A program made the position numbers and the translations under genes. Below, one piece after another: positions 48,201 to 61,058 of a stretch of 64,000 nt of DNA. The DNA is from Owenia fusiformis (lineage: Eukaryota): positions 37,448,001-37,512,000 of the forward strand of contig CAIIXF020000001.1 in NCBI GenBank assembly GCA_903813345.2, read 5' to 3'. Within the stretch, counting starts at the first letter, position 1; every line of letters begins with the position of its first letter. The notes beneath the pieces were generated by a model. It was not told the DNA's origin, did no database searches, and was given only the letters and a program-made list of their open reading frames with translations.

Positions 48201-49920
48201 TTGATTGGTCAGTTCTTGTGCTGTACCAATCTGTATTGCTGAGATTGTCCCCGTTGATCATCTCCGTCGCAAAGAACATATCGAACATATTCACCAGTCA
48301 AGACTTAGTTCAGTGTAATTTTAATTCTATATATCCCCGGGAGAACATTGCTATGATTAATTATACATCAACATTTTGTTGTTCCATTACTGTGAGTAAG
48401 AAATATAACAAATTTTTAATTCTATTTTCGGTGAATACCTGTGGCACTTTCACAAGATGATATTCCACTAGCCCTTTGGGCTTCGTGGGATATCACTTGT
48501 GAAAGATGTGAATAATAATGCTATTCATTATGCTATTCATATTCAAGCTAGTTTACAAATTAAACCAAATACCACGGCTTTCATTTATTAATCTGAATCT
48601 TAGATATGGCAGATAAGAAATAAGGCCCAGACTAGGTTTAACTTGTTGAACTAAAGACAAGTCAGCATCTCATGTCTTAATCAACACAAAACGCATTGTA
48701 TGCAGGCTTCTTATACGACCCCCTCCCAGCTAATACCCCTCTACCCCAAATCGTTATTTAGTGTCAAGGGTGGACCAAGAAATGCTTGAAAATGGGTTTT
48801 TGAGTCGCCTAAGTTGGACCGGTAGAGAACATCGTCCTTCCTTTGAGCACCCATATTCGATACTAAGTGGTTTAGACGGCAGCCAAAATATATTTGTATT
48901 TGTTTGTTTCCATAGGGAGATTCAGGTGGACCATTGTCATGCAGGTTGAGTGGACCCAATCATCCGTGGACAATATTTGGTATCATCAGCTTTGGTAGAA
49001 GGCAATGTGGTATTGAAGCAGGGGTTTATACTAACGTTCAGAATTTCTACAAATGGATAAACGAACAGATAGCATGTACGTTGACAGTTGATTTGTACAG
49101 AAAAACCAACAAAAAGTTCTAAAAAGCAAGCACAATGTCCTGTTTAAGAACCCTATTCTAACTATTGGAATGGATTCAAGCAATACTCACCAACATCAAC
49201 TTGAGTTCCCCTGAGAAAATGAGTATTTCAGCAAGGTTGTAATTGAATTACGTGGGGATGCAATTGATTTCATCCTGATGGACTGTAGATATACAGGATG
49301 AAATCAATTGGATCCCCATTATAAGTCAATGGCTAGAACTTTTCAAAAGGAACAAAATAATATATAACATGACAGGGTGGCAATGCTACATGTATGAGTT
49401 CATGGGGGGCGCACACATATGAAACACCCTGTATATGCAGAGCGTTTGGGTATAATTTCCAACACCTAGACTAATACATAAGTACCTACTTTGCAAAATA
49501 TCAATGATTCATTAATAGTTTTTCACACAAGATCGTTTTCCTCAATTTATACAGTTTTCCTTATAAACCATATAAATGATGATGCTTGCCTAGGTTTGTG
49601 TGAAAATGCATTTGCGGCATGCAATGACTGATACATAAATGTGCTCATCATGTGCAATTTTTCGCTATTATACGTTTCTCAATTTGTATATGGCCGTGAA
49701 TATCCATGCTGTTTTTCTGTCATTTCTAGCTGAAGGAGGCTGGGGAGAATGGGGACCGTACACGGAATGTTCCAAACCATGCGGTGATGGAACAAGGTTA
49801 CGAGCACGAGCCTGCACAAATCCATTACCTATTACCTCTGGGAAATGTCCAGGTGCAGAAACAAGTGGTCAAGCTGTTCAGGTTGAGGAAGAAAGTTGCT
49901 CAAATGAACCTTGTTTATGA
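33271..49920 (+). CDS. Secreted modular trypsin-like serine protease (~1036 aa): SP - 4x unknown ~110-aa repeat - 2x Lustrin/WR1-like - VWC/pacifastin-like - TSP1 - trypsin - TSP1
   Basis: Exons: 33271-33352, 40258-40575, 41197-41526, 41945-42295, 42391-42723, 42868-43137, 43843-44094, 44283-44453, 44640-44862, 45272-45558, (47790-47813), 47895-48013, 48916-49075, 49730-49920. All are AG/GT bounded, the phases join, and the total is 3111 nt with no internal stop. Catalytic motifs TAAHC, DIAIL and DACY-GDSGGP are present, and the final exon is a TSP1 (WGEWGPYTECSKPCGDGTRLRARAC). Linking exon 1 (hydrophobic signal peptide) across a 6.9-kb intron is inferred. Confidence 0.85.
33922..34247. mobile_element. 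Kolobok-like MITE with TTAA TSD
   Basis: TTAA-AGAGAGAATCAGAT...ATGTGATTCTGCCT-TTAA; homologous to 3419-3759. Confidence 0.8.
34929..35637. mobile_element. MITE with ~190-bp TIRs
   Basis: TAGTAGCCCCGACAGAATTGTTCAATGGTCAC... mirrored by ...GTGACCATTGAACAATTCTGTCCGGGCTACTA. It sits in a TA-rich site, so the TSD is ambiguous. Confidence 0.85.
35741..40223. mobile_element. ~4.5-kb Academ-like non-autonomous foldback element in protease intron 1
   Basis: TAGTATGGGAGCAAAA / TTTTGCTCCCACACTA termini and 3-bp TSD TCA (35738-35740, 40224-40226). The ~1.2-kb left arm is mirrored twice on the right (~37730-38760 and ~38990-40223), with ~180-bp subterminal repeats. Confidence 0.88.
48172..48510 (+). mobile_element. 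Relative of the 22247-22891 element with a different 3' hairpin
   Basis: The first ~100 bp match 22559 onward. A hairpin CTTTCACAAGATGATATTCCAC...GTGGGATATCACTTGTGAAAG lies at ~48448-48506. Confidence 0.6.
49241..49330. repeat. Short hairpin (MITE remnant)
   Basis: TGGGGATGCAATTGATTTCATCCTG / CAGGATGAAATCAATTGGATCCCCA. Confidence 0.6.
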
Positions 49921-50770
49921 GTATTGCATGATGAATTGCTATGATATCTTTCAATACAAAATAACTCATCATTCTCAAATATTAATGTTTCTTCACTAGT
50001 TGGATTTTCTTCCTATTTTATACCTATTTCTATGCATGCAAACGGTTTGTATTTAGATGTTACATGTAGCTACATGTCATCAATCAAACTGGGTACTATG
50101 CAAGGTCAATGCCGGATTGAGAGGTCAAGTCCACCTGAATATCTGTTCATTCGAAAGGAAGATCGACAACTCAATAGAATACGTTTTAAATGTCTCAGAA
50201 TATATGAATTTTTGCCAAACTAAGAACTACGTTTTTTGACCACGCTAGTCCTGGAAACTGATCAGGGATGTTGGACTGACTATTCTCAGGCTGACAATAA
50301 TTGTTATCATTTCAAGGATAATGTGAAAAGTTCCGATGCATATATTATCATACGTTTAGGCAATCCGTACCATAGCAAAAGGGCATTAGGAATCAAAGAT
50401 TGACTGAATTGTTTTGGTGACCTTATAAGGATTTGAAATATGTCTTTGTTACTAGCTTTAACATAAAAATGCTTCTAAAATAAGACCCAATCAGTCATGT
50501 TCCCATCACCTGTCATGTTATCGCTCTATACACATTGTATCGTTTAAGTCTATTGTACATTATCGTTCTACCTTGTATCATAGTAACGTTAATCACTCAT
50601 AGATATGCCATTAATGAACCACTTTGCTTAAAAAAACTAGATAGAAATGTGTAAGAGTTTGCATGTATTTTTGAAGAGCTCCTGTTTTCGTTTGAAAAAA
50701 AGTGAAGTACCTCTCTGTATCAATAGGTCGAGTAGGATGAGTGCATATTAAACGCCTACAGCTTGCAGTA

Positions 50771-50987
50771 TACCGTTACTCATAATTATGGGTTTCTGGT
50801 CACACCATCACTCAGATAAATATATAGAATAATATTTTTGCAGAAAATGTTCTTGAATATGATTTTCAAATAAATAATCTTTTTAGTATGGTCTAATATG
50901 TTTTGAATATTTCTGAGACTTCGCAAGTTGCGAATATGTATTTTTTTGTGAAATTCCCATCATCCCATAATTTTGAGCAACCGTGTA
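50771..50987. mobile_element. Tc1/mariner-like MITE
   Basis: TA-flanked imperfect TIRs CCGTTACTCATAATTATGGG / CCCATAATTTTGAGCAACCGTG. Confidence 0.55.
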
Positions 50988-51705
50988 TATTGTTTGAACA
51001 AAAAATGATTAATGTGTAACGAAATGATATGCTGGGATATAAAACAGAGTTTATAATTAATAAGAGTACTTTTTAAACACCAAAACACCTATTGGGAAAC
51101 AAGTGAGAATACTGTATAACCTGATCCGATTCAAATATAACATCTGCATTACCTGTCGAGGTGTACGTTGGCTCCAATGTACCAAGAGGAGGCCATCTGA
51201 TGGTAAAGCACTAAAATGTCATGGAACGTAGCAAGATATACATTAGCCTGGAAATTTCAGTAAGTACATTTTGAGAAATATCAAATATTTACTGTGCAGT
51301 GTTGATGTTTCAAATTTTATAAAGTATGATAGACATGAATATATATTGTTTTATTGTTGAATGTCACTTGTAATGGCAATACACATATACTATTTTTGAC
51401 GTACTTAGTGAATGCAATACACACACATACAGATACGAACAAATAATCTATTGTTTGAACTTTGAACATTTATCAATTTGCCGGTTGTATTTTAATATTT
51501 GCAAGATGAAAATCAACATTCGAGATTACACATGTACAAGGTGTGTCAAAAATCGTCCTAAACCTTTAATTGGCACCACAAGTTCTAAGACAAAGTTCAA
51601 ACTCTACTGTGAATGAGTTAAATGCGAGAATCATTTTTTGATGCGATTAATAAGTATCTGGAAGCTCAAATTATCTTAATAAAAAGTCGCACATTATACA
51701 CTATC

Positions 51706-52017
51706 ACAAAATAAGCACCAAATTGTTCATGTCAGATATGTTTCAGGAGCACAATATATTCTTATGAAAAGTCACCGACATTCATAAAATAAGTACCAAA
51801 TTGTTCATGTCAGAGATGTTTCAGGAGCACAATATATCCTTGCGAAAAGTCACCCACATTTACAAAATAAGTACCAAATTGTTCATGTCAGAGATGTTTC
51901 AGGAGCACAATATACATGACATCTTAATGGAAGTCATATATACATGTACATTCAGTTTACATACACATTGACAGAATTAGTACCAACTTGTTTATGCTAG
52001 ATATGTTTCAGGAGCAT
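51706..52017 (+). repeat. ~80-bp minisatellite, 4 copies
   Basis: CCAAATTGTTCATGTCAGA(T/G)ATGTTTCAGGAGCA recurs four times, the last copy diverged. Confidence 0.85.
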
Positions 52018-52377
52018 GAAAGTAAATCTTTTTTACTTTATCATTTAATAAATGATGAGACCAAAACTATAGGCGAATGTGTTTTCCGTGAGTATTTTGC
52101 GTGAACAATTATCATTTCTTTTATTATTGACTTTTATTCAAAAATCGTTCAAGTCTGTGATCGAAGACCTTGCATCGTTCAGTTGTTGAGTATACAGGTA
52201 TAGGGGAATACATACTCAGTCATTGTCATTGCTTACATAATCATCATCATTCCAACTTATACATTCGCACTATTTTGTATTTTACGAGCTCGGTCAGATT
52301 TATGTATTCAGTAAGTTTTATGGTTCACAACAACGTTAAATTATTGATAGCGTATTCAAAGAATTAAGGAAGATTTA

Positions 52378-53946
52378 TAGACTGTAAGCAGGTCTGGGAA
52401 AAGTCATGTTCATGGCAAAAAGGTGTAGAATATAGGCACCTATATCATTTTAATCTATGTTAGAATGGCTTCAAATGCTGGTGGTTGAGGGTCCCACAGA
52501 TACATAACAAGATTACTTCAGGTATTAAGGGCATACTTGCTTTAAACAAATATAACAATAAACAAAACATGAACGGAATGTTATGGTCTGGAAAAATGAC
52601 ATGCTATTACCTAGCAACCACATAACAACCACCTAGTGACAGCATTAAATATTTTTTTGCAGAAAAATCAATGTTTTTGGTGCATTATTTAATTGCTGTT
52701 GGTAGTAAACACGCCCGGTGATCGTACAAAATGGATGGAGGGGGGATTGGGCGATTTCTGCAAGAAAACTCAACAAAGGAAGAGTATTTTTTCAAGAGAA
52801 AATTTACAACTGAATTGCCAAATGAATAGGCGCAGTGCATTGTAAAATATGTCAGATCATCTAGTATTTTTTGAACTGATACCCTTCTAAGATATGAGAT
52901 CTATTAAAAAAGGCGCACAATCACCAACGTGCGAAAGTCAATGTTTTTGCTATAAATCGGGCAACAATGGTCTACGACTCTACACCTACGACCTCTAATA
53001 AATAGGTATAAGGGACGTTATTATCACAATACTAATGACATTGCTCACTTTTTAAAGTTAGCTTCCATGTGTTATACAAAAATAATCGAAATCAATTAAT
53101 ATTGGATGGAGTCTACCATTTTAATATCTGACTTGAAATGCAAGTGGGTGAAGGCCAGACAGGAGTGGTGGATCAGAGATATGTGTTGTTATAGTAACCT
53201 AATATATAGAATATTCAGTACTTTTTTTACATAACAAAATTTTTGGAAGAAGTATAACCATGTTCTTCAATTTTTATGAGTATATGCGACAACCTTGCCC
53301 TAAAATGCTCATATTGTAGATATGGTGGTTTTAAAGCTCTTGTGTCCTAATTATTCCCGTTGCTAGGTAGTCGCTACGTAAAAATAATGTGACCAATAAT
53401 ATAATACAGTACCATCTCTGCCAAAATTGTCTGTTTTAAATAAATTATTAAAGAGGAAAGTTAAATTGTACATCTAATTAGAGGGTATATTGTTACTAGG
53501 CTCTAACTAGTTACGCCAAGGGCTTAAAAATATGTATAACTTGTCCTAAAGGAAAGACAATATCTAGTTAGTACAATAAACATACCAGTTCACCAATATC
53601 TAATCCAAATTATAAATAAAATAAAACATAACTCGTGCCCCTTCCATTTTTGAATATTTTAACCATAAAGCTCCATTTATTTCATCTTTTATTGACGTAA
53701 CCATGGCAACAACATAACAATGCTTGGTCTAATTTTAATGAAAGAAGGGTTACGTCATAAGCACTCAATCCTGTAGGAATGGCATTTTATTTTTATTGAC
53801 CGTAACTTGCTTTACTTGGTTGCTATAACATATATCTCTGCCCCACCTACCCTACCAGACTCTCAACCACTACACGTTACAGCCTTTCAGTCAAACGCCG
53901 TGATTGGTAAATTTATGAAGCCATTCCAAGACCTTTTTACAGTCTA
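52378..53946. mobile_element. Academ-like non-autonomous element
   Basis: TAGACTGTAAGCAGGTCT / AGACCTTTTTACAGTCTA termini with 3-bp TSD TTA (52375-52377, 53947-53949). Confidence 0.65.
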
Positions 53947-55471
53947 TTAGTCAAAATCGATACCATTCAAACGCATAGCAAAGAATAAATTAGGAAACAG
54001 AACTAAAGATGTCGTGTTGAATTAAAGAGAATACCTCATGAGTACCGAAAAATCACAAGATTCTTCGTAAAAATAAATATTGCTTTGTTAAGCGAACATG
54101 ACTCAGTGATATGGATATGTGTACATACCAATCATGAGCAACACATGAAAAGCATTTTCTTTTGTGATTAATCAAATTTTCATCGAAGGACTTGATCTAA
54201 ATACACAATATCATATTAACTGTTCAATGCATCGACAATCCTTTATTTGAACACATTTGACACATTTCTTGAATTCACTTCTCCTCATGAGATTTAAAAA
54301 TCAAAACCCATGGGGACCTGTTAAATATGTGCCTCTTTACCCTCAGTGAAATAAGGTGAATTTGGTTTAATGAACTTTTCAACTTCCATCAAACCAATGG
54401 ATCATTAGAAAAATGCAAACACTGAAATACTGGATGGCTATTTCTAAAATTGGTCAACTCGGGGAGTGTTGTTTTCAAAATTGTAGAGGGGAGCGTACAT
54501 ATAAGTAGAATACGTAGAACCGGCATCATGAGCGTTTAGCGATGAGAAACCGCTAAGCTAAGCTAAGCTGAGATGTCATTGTTTAGTTAATGGATGGTGT
54601 TCTCAATTACATTTAACAATGGAAGATAGAGTAGCGACAATGGAATATAAGTTACACCAAGATCTCAATTTACGATAATATTAGAAGCTACGAAGCTCGT
54701 ATATGGTACATGTTATACTTCCTATGTCCCCTCTAAGTCTTACATCAAGGTACCTCCTTTATTTTTCCTCAAATAAAGTATACACTTTAGGGATTTTGGA
54801 AAACATACATGACGCCAAGGAATGATATGAGCCCAAAATATGAGATTCATTGTTACCAGTTTGATTATACAGGGGCTTAATGCATGGTGTAAAACAGAAA
54901 CCATGAAAATAAAGTCTAATGATACTATTAAACTGCCACATTAACTCAATTTTTGCCTTACTTTTCAAATTTGCCTCGCTTATTTCGTTATCCAGGCGTT
55001 GCCCCTGATTACTTCAATCCCAAACTTCAACCAATGTTTACTCTTCTGACTAAATGAATTAAAGGGGTAGCATAAATATGAACAGTATTTTATAGAATGT
55101 GAACTATTTATATTGTCATTCGACCTTAAGCTCATAAATGTATTTTTTGTGTTTAGCTGTACTCAGCGGTACTTTTTAGAATGGAATACTAGTCTGTGAC
55201 CATGGGTAATAAATTACCATAGATATGCGCTCTAGCGCTAATACACATTTAGTAACCTCGTATCAGTTACCGCAGTATTTAACATAGGAAAGGGAAGTAC
55301 AAGTAGGCATTTTTTATCGATCAGCATTTACAAGCAACGGATGTATTCTTGGCTGTACAGCTATTATATGCTACTTTAGAAGTGAAAGTATTTTTAGGAT
55401 TAATAATAAATATATGCCAGCATGCAAGTTAGTATAGGTGCTCACGAAATTGGAACTTTTTATCTCCACAG

Positions 55472-58400
55472 GGACTTACGACCAGGAGCCTCACTTCCTG
55501 ATGTCTCAACTTTGGAGCAGATACGAGATGGTGAAGTTGGGCCTCCTCACCCAAGGGAGTTGGATACTGTCAGAGATGAGATCAAGGCTGACCAACCAAT
55601 GCTCAAAAAGGATCATGAGGAAGCCGAAATTCCTCCACCAGAGCCTGTGGTTATACGAAAGAGAGAGGAAACTAAGGGTTCATGTTTTGCAAACATTAAC
55701 TCTTATGTAACAATCCTATCCATAATGGGATTCCTTATCACAACGGACACAATGCACAGATTCGCAGTGTTGACAACACTGCAGAAACGGTTCAATTTTG
55801 CAACAATGGAATCTGGTATCATAATCAGTAGTTATGACATTGGTCATGTTATATTATTGGTTCTTCTTGGTTATTTCGGGGGTAATATACACAAGCCCAG
55901 GTGGCTTGCAATAGGGGGTATCATGGTTGCGATAGCAGGAGTGTTATGGTCACTGCCTCATTTCTTATTCGGACCTGGGCCGAAACCCATTGAAATTGAT
56001 TCTCTAAATAACACAGAACTGGAGACCATGGTGTGTCATCCAAATGGAACCGCCGGACTAAACAGTGGGGAGTCGTTCTGCCCAGATATAGGAAATGCAA
56101 CAACTAAAGGTGATTCAGATGCGCTAGAAAGCACTATAGCATTCTGGATATTGTTTACATCACAATGCTTCATCGGGGGAGGATTAGCTCCCTTTCTTAC
56201 ACTTGGGATCTCTTATATTGATGATAACACCGATCCCCAGTCATCAGCATTATATGTTGGTAAGTAGTTCAATAAATCACACATTTTATGAATTACATCC
56301 ACTATAGTCGTGTGAACCTTACACTCCCCCTCAAGAGTATGGCAATCCTGACTCAACATGAATAGTCAAATCCCCCAGAATGAAGTCGGAAATAAGGTTC
56401 ACTTGTGGAAAATGTAATGGTATCGTCGATATAGTAAACTTTGCAAAATAGCTCTATGGTTATATACGATACATATCTGGAGATTTATTACAAAGAATAA
56501 TCACATGCTCTTATATTTCAGGTATTGTATACAGTATAGGAACGTTAGGTATGGTGATGGGCTTTCTTCTTGGTGCTATTCTTACCGGAACATACGTTGA
56601 CTTAAGTGGTGAGTACAGTGGTTGCTATTAATATTAAGTGAATATATTACTTGTCACGGACGGTACCATATCAGCTCAAATAATTAATTAATTATTACAA
56701 CTGACTCGATCAAGTACTACATATTAAAGTAACGTGTTCTTTCCTGGTTATTATAATCTGTTATTTTCCCTATTCGAAATTCAATTCAGTATGGGTTCTC
56801 TCATGGGATTTATACATTTTACCCACTTTTCCTGACTTACACGGCTTTTATATTATCTTACATTTCTTCGCCTATTACTTTTTACCTAACATCGGTTCTT
56901 CTTACTTTATGGAAGCAATGACTAAATTAGTGTCGCTATTGTAGATACCCATCTGGATCCCCAAGACCCCCAGTGGCTTGGGGCCTGGTGGCTTGGCTCT
57001 ATTTGTATAGCTGGAGGATGTCTCCTCTTCTCCATTCCAATGGGTCTCTTCCCCAGATCTCTACCAAAACCAGGTAAAAAGAAACACAAAGGCCATCAAC
57101 GGCATTCCAAAGGGAGCAGGCTTGGAAGCGTGTATGGTAGTATAAGAGGGAAAGGAGGATTCATGCCCAAAGAGTACAGTAAGTATGCAGATTAAAACTA
57201 GTTGAAACATTACTTTATATCATTTTACATAGTATTTTCTTCGGTAAAATATTTCTAGGTCTTTTTATTCTTCACAAAATTTCATGCACGTGGCAATGCT
57301 TTATTCAACCACTTTTATGGATGTATATTCAATATAACAAGCTTCTCTTATATCATTTCTTTGCCGCCTTTCTGTTCTAACTGTACATAAAGGGGCTTGA
57401 CAATTATTTTTTAGGTTTCCCAGTAGCCTTAAAGATGCTCTGCACAAACGTGGTATTCCAGACAACTACAATTGGCCTCTGTGCCATGACCTACCTCGCT
57501 GGGGGAGTATTCACCTTTCTCCCCAAATATATCGAAACCCAATTCGGTCAGCTCTCATGGGTCGCTAATGTTATCACAGGTATCCTAAAATAACAATCTC
57601 TCGGTGATTTATTTTAGCTAACTCTGGTGGACGACACCCTACTAGTGGGTTATTCATAGTGATATATATATATATATAAATAGAAATAATAAATGTAATT
57701 TGTGTCTCATATAATTGCACCATCTTCTTTATTTACAGCCGGAATATCTGCAGGTGCAATGGCATCTGGAACGTTCTTTGGAGGTTGGTTGGCTGCTAGA
57801 TTACGGTTAACCCCACCTGGCTCCATAAAGCTTATTACTATTTCATGTGCACTTGGACTCGGTGTCCTTGTCTCATTGATGTTCGTCGGATGTCAACAAG
57901 TCGAAATAGCAGGTGTAACAAATCCAGATGATGGGTAATTGTCACACATTTTAGAATCATGTTTAAAATACGATAAAGTATGAAACAATACGAAATTAAA
58001 ACGATTAAAGGGCTTAAAGGAACTATGTATTCCTATCGAAACCAAAGTTCTCATTTCATGATGTTCTCATTATTTGCATTATTTTTTGCATGCTTCAGGT
58101 TAATAACAATAGACACCCCATGCAACTTGGATTGTGGATGTGACCTAGGATTTTCACCTGTGTGTGGAAGTGATGGGGTCACATATTATTCCGCTTGTTA
58201 CGCTGGATGCAATAATTTCTCCAACTACATAACGGATGAAATTGCTGTGAGTATCACTATCGTATCACCATGTGTCACTATTTATATTTAACATGATCTC
58301 TTGAACTCATGGAGTCATCTTCATTTATAAACATTAATAACTAACCACGTTAGTACTACGTTTTATGTTCGAGAGACGCATCTTTTTTTAGGTAAAATAC

Positions 58401-60177
58401 AGTTTACGTTGCGATCATATAATACATTCTTATTAGTAATTCTAATTTATGTGGATGTTAAGATTAAATTGTAAGGACGTCTTGCAATGAGCGTTAAAAT
58501 GCAGTTATATCCTACTTAAAGTTAGCGCCAGAGGTAGAAACTGGGCCCTTTAATCAACATGAAAGTTGACAATTTGGTTTTGTAACGAATTTTATCAATA
58601 CTGGTAGGGTTATAACAATGCTTGCCTCTTTTTCATAAGTTGTCGGTATTCTCCAGAATTATACAAACTGTGGCTGTGTCGAGACTTCAATGACTGGTGT
58701 TCCTGGAGGAGGTAATGCCAAGACCGGATGGTGTGCTACTAATTGCATTACGCTGGTTCCATATGCTATACTATTTTTCTTCATGGTGTTTGGTGTTACA
58801 ACTGGAATGGCTCCAATTCTCTCCATTACATTGAGGTAAATTCAAAGTTCTATGTAATGTAGCTTTTTTTTATTTAGAGACAGAAATGGATTGACAAAGT
58901 ATGCACAAAATCACAAAATTTCTTTGCATTTGACATGTAGTCTTTAAGTTCTGATTCATCATTAATTTTACCATCGTTATATAGGTGTGTTGAACCTGAG
59001 CTTAAACCGTTGGCATTGTCTATCAATAACATCTTAACAAGCGTTTTGGGTGAGTACTAGGTAGCCTATATATGATAGTATCATGGGTACTGGACCCACG
59101 TGCTGAAAGTGCATCCGAAACACCATGTTGAACCTTTAGAAGCCATGTAGCTGAGAGTCGAATCAGTCAACTATAATACAGGGTACAGGGCGGCCCAAAA
59201 CAGAACCTTTAAATATTTCAACAAAGGCTCTGAGTTCTGCTTTCTTGGGTTCCTCTGTGCATGTGGAATTTCAAACAAATTGAGGAACACTTCTGGACAT
59301 TTTTTACCATGGACCAAGAACATGTTTTTTGGGCAATAAAACATTGGCAATTTTGAAATTTTGCTAAATATTTTTCCAAAACCTACCTATACAATTTAAA
59401 GCAAATCTATTTATTACACTTTGATTTATAACAAAAAAATATTTTGACAAAAGTGGCGGCCATTTTAAATCTTCGGTACATATTTTGTCGAAATTCGTCT
59501 TGACATTGTTAACTAATTATAAGGTACTGTACTTGTACAATTTCAAGCACATTCTATTAACAATAAAGTGATGCCCATTTTGAATCTTTGCGACACATTT
59601 TACTGAAACATGGAGACAGTAAATTGTTAATTCTATAAATAAGTCACCTCTATACTGAGTGATGTCAAAATAATTGACACCTGCTTTTTCGGGAATATCT
59701 AAATGGCGGCCTTTTTAAAATGATGGATGATTACAAAGTTGCCATCAATATGTTGACAGACGGACATACAAGTTGATGGGTCACCGTGTGAATTAGAATA
59801 CCCAGTATCGAAAATTTTATTTTGTGACAAATCTCCCTTTTTGTAACGAAATAAGGCAATTTTAAAAATTATTTCCAGCTTCCATTCCTGGTCCAATGTT
59901 GTATGGAATGATGATTGATTCAACTTGTAAATTCTGGGAAAGCACGTGTGAAGGAGGGCAATTTTGTCTTCTTTACGACTTCCGATTATTCCGACTTTTG
60001 CTCCATGGTGTGACTGTTGGAGTACTGGGGGTTGGTCTCATTTGTTTTGTAATCGCATGGCTGAAGTTACGGACTATGAAATTTACTGAAGAGGGAGAAA
60101 TGATAACAGATGAACATGATCATGAAATAAATATGGTCAATAGAAGGCATTACACCGTCAGCACCAGTAGTCAATAA
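55472..60177 (+). CDS. Organic anion transporting polypeptide (OATP/SLCO family); start codon uncertain
   Basis: Exons 55472-56259, 56522-56608, 56945-57178, 57415-57579, 57739-57934, 58099-58246, 58657-58835, 58985-59049, 59879-60177 (TAA), with consistent phases. Motifs SSYDIG, HKPRWLAIG, LPHFL, LGISYIDD, DPQWLGAWWLG (OATP signature variant), FLPKYIETQF, Kazal-like FSPVCGSDGVTYYSACYAGC and IPGPMLYGMMIDSTC are present. Confidence 0.93.
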
Positions 60178-60659
60178 AGGATTGGATCTTCTCTACAGAC
60201 AGTAATATTCCAAAGCATACGCCAGGTGTGGTGATTCTTGATACACTGATCTTACACTACGAATTGAAACATGATAAACATCATAATTCTAAAAAACTGT
60301 AGATGTTAGTCCCCTCCAAAAGTTTCGCCGGTGGCCAGACTTCCCATGAATAACAGGTCAAACTGATTAGAAAATTCAAAGTTTGATGATTCTTTAAACA
60401 TTTACGAACTTCACCTATCAGCAAAGACATGGCCAAACGGGGAAAATGGTGCAAAATCTTTGGAGGGGAGTGCAAATTGCGCATAGTGTATGTCAAGGTG
60501 AACGTAAAACCAACAGTTGAGATAAAAAAAAATCATTTATCATAAATCATTGCATGTAAGGCCTATGCGAACTTAGTTCAGTATATGCTTGAAAAATGTA
60601 AATCGTAGTTTTAGTTTTTTAGTTTTTTACATAAGATATATTGAAGTGAAAGAGATCTC

Positions 60660-60758
60660 AGCGAAACCTGTAAACTGAAACATTCCTGTGTACACAACAT
60701 CTTCAAAGTGGAACACTATTATAGTACATGCGGAACATGTCTTTACAGGTTTTGCTGT
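60660..60758. mobile_element. Tiny pogo/Tc1-like MITE
   Basis: CAGCGAAACCTGTAAA / TTTACAGGTTTTGCTG-TA inverted ends. Confidence 0.55.
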
Positions 60759-60805
60759 ATTTAAATTATATGATAGGCCTAGTTCATAAGCTTGGTCACA
60801 TTTGA

Positions 60806-61058
60806 GAGATTTCGCAACTCATGTTTATTATCATATTCCCGTATAACGTAAAGCGTTTAATTACGTCACCATTTATTGCGCAACTTTATACGTGTGGCAT
60901 TCTTACGTATAGACGTATATGACGATTTGTAAGAACATCTTACTCATGAACGTAGGCTATAGAGACAAGCGCAATAAAATGTTGACGTAATCAAACGCTT
61001 CATAAGTTATACGTCATACGGGAATAATAAACATGCTATAAGTGAGTTGCGAAATCTC
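60806..61058. repeat. ~250-bp imperfect palindrome (MITE-like)
   Basis: GAGATTTCGCAACTCA...TATTCCCGTAT...TTTATTGCGC mirrored by GCGCAATAAA...ATACGGGAATA...TGAGTTGCGAAATCTC. Confidence 0.75.

Noticed and set aside
54590..54710. Possible first coding exon of the OATP gene
   Set aside because: The ATG-initiated frames hit stops before the candidate donor, and the phase-compatible frame has no ATG. The start remains unresolved.
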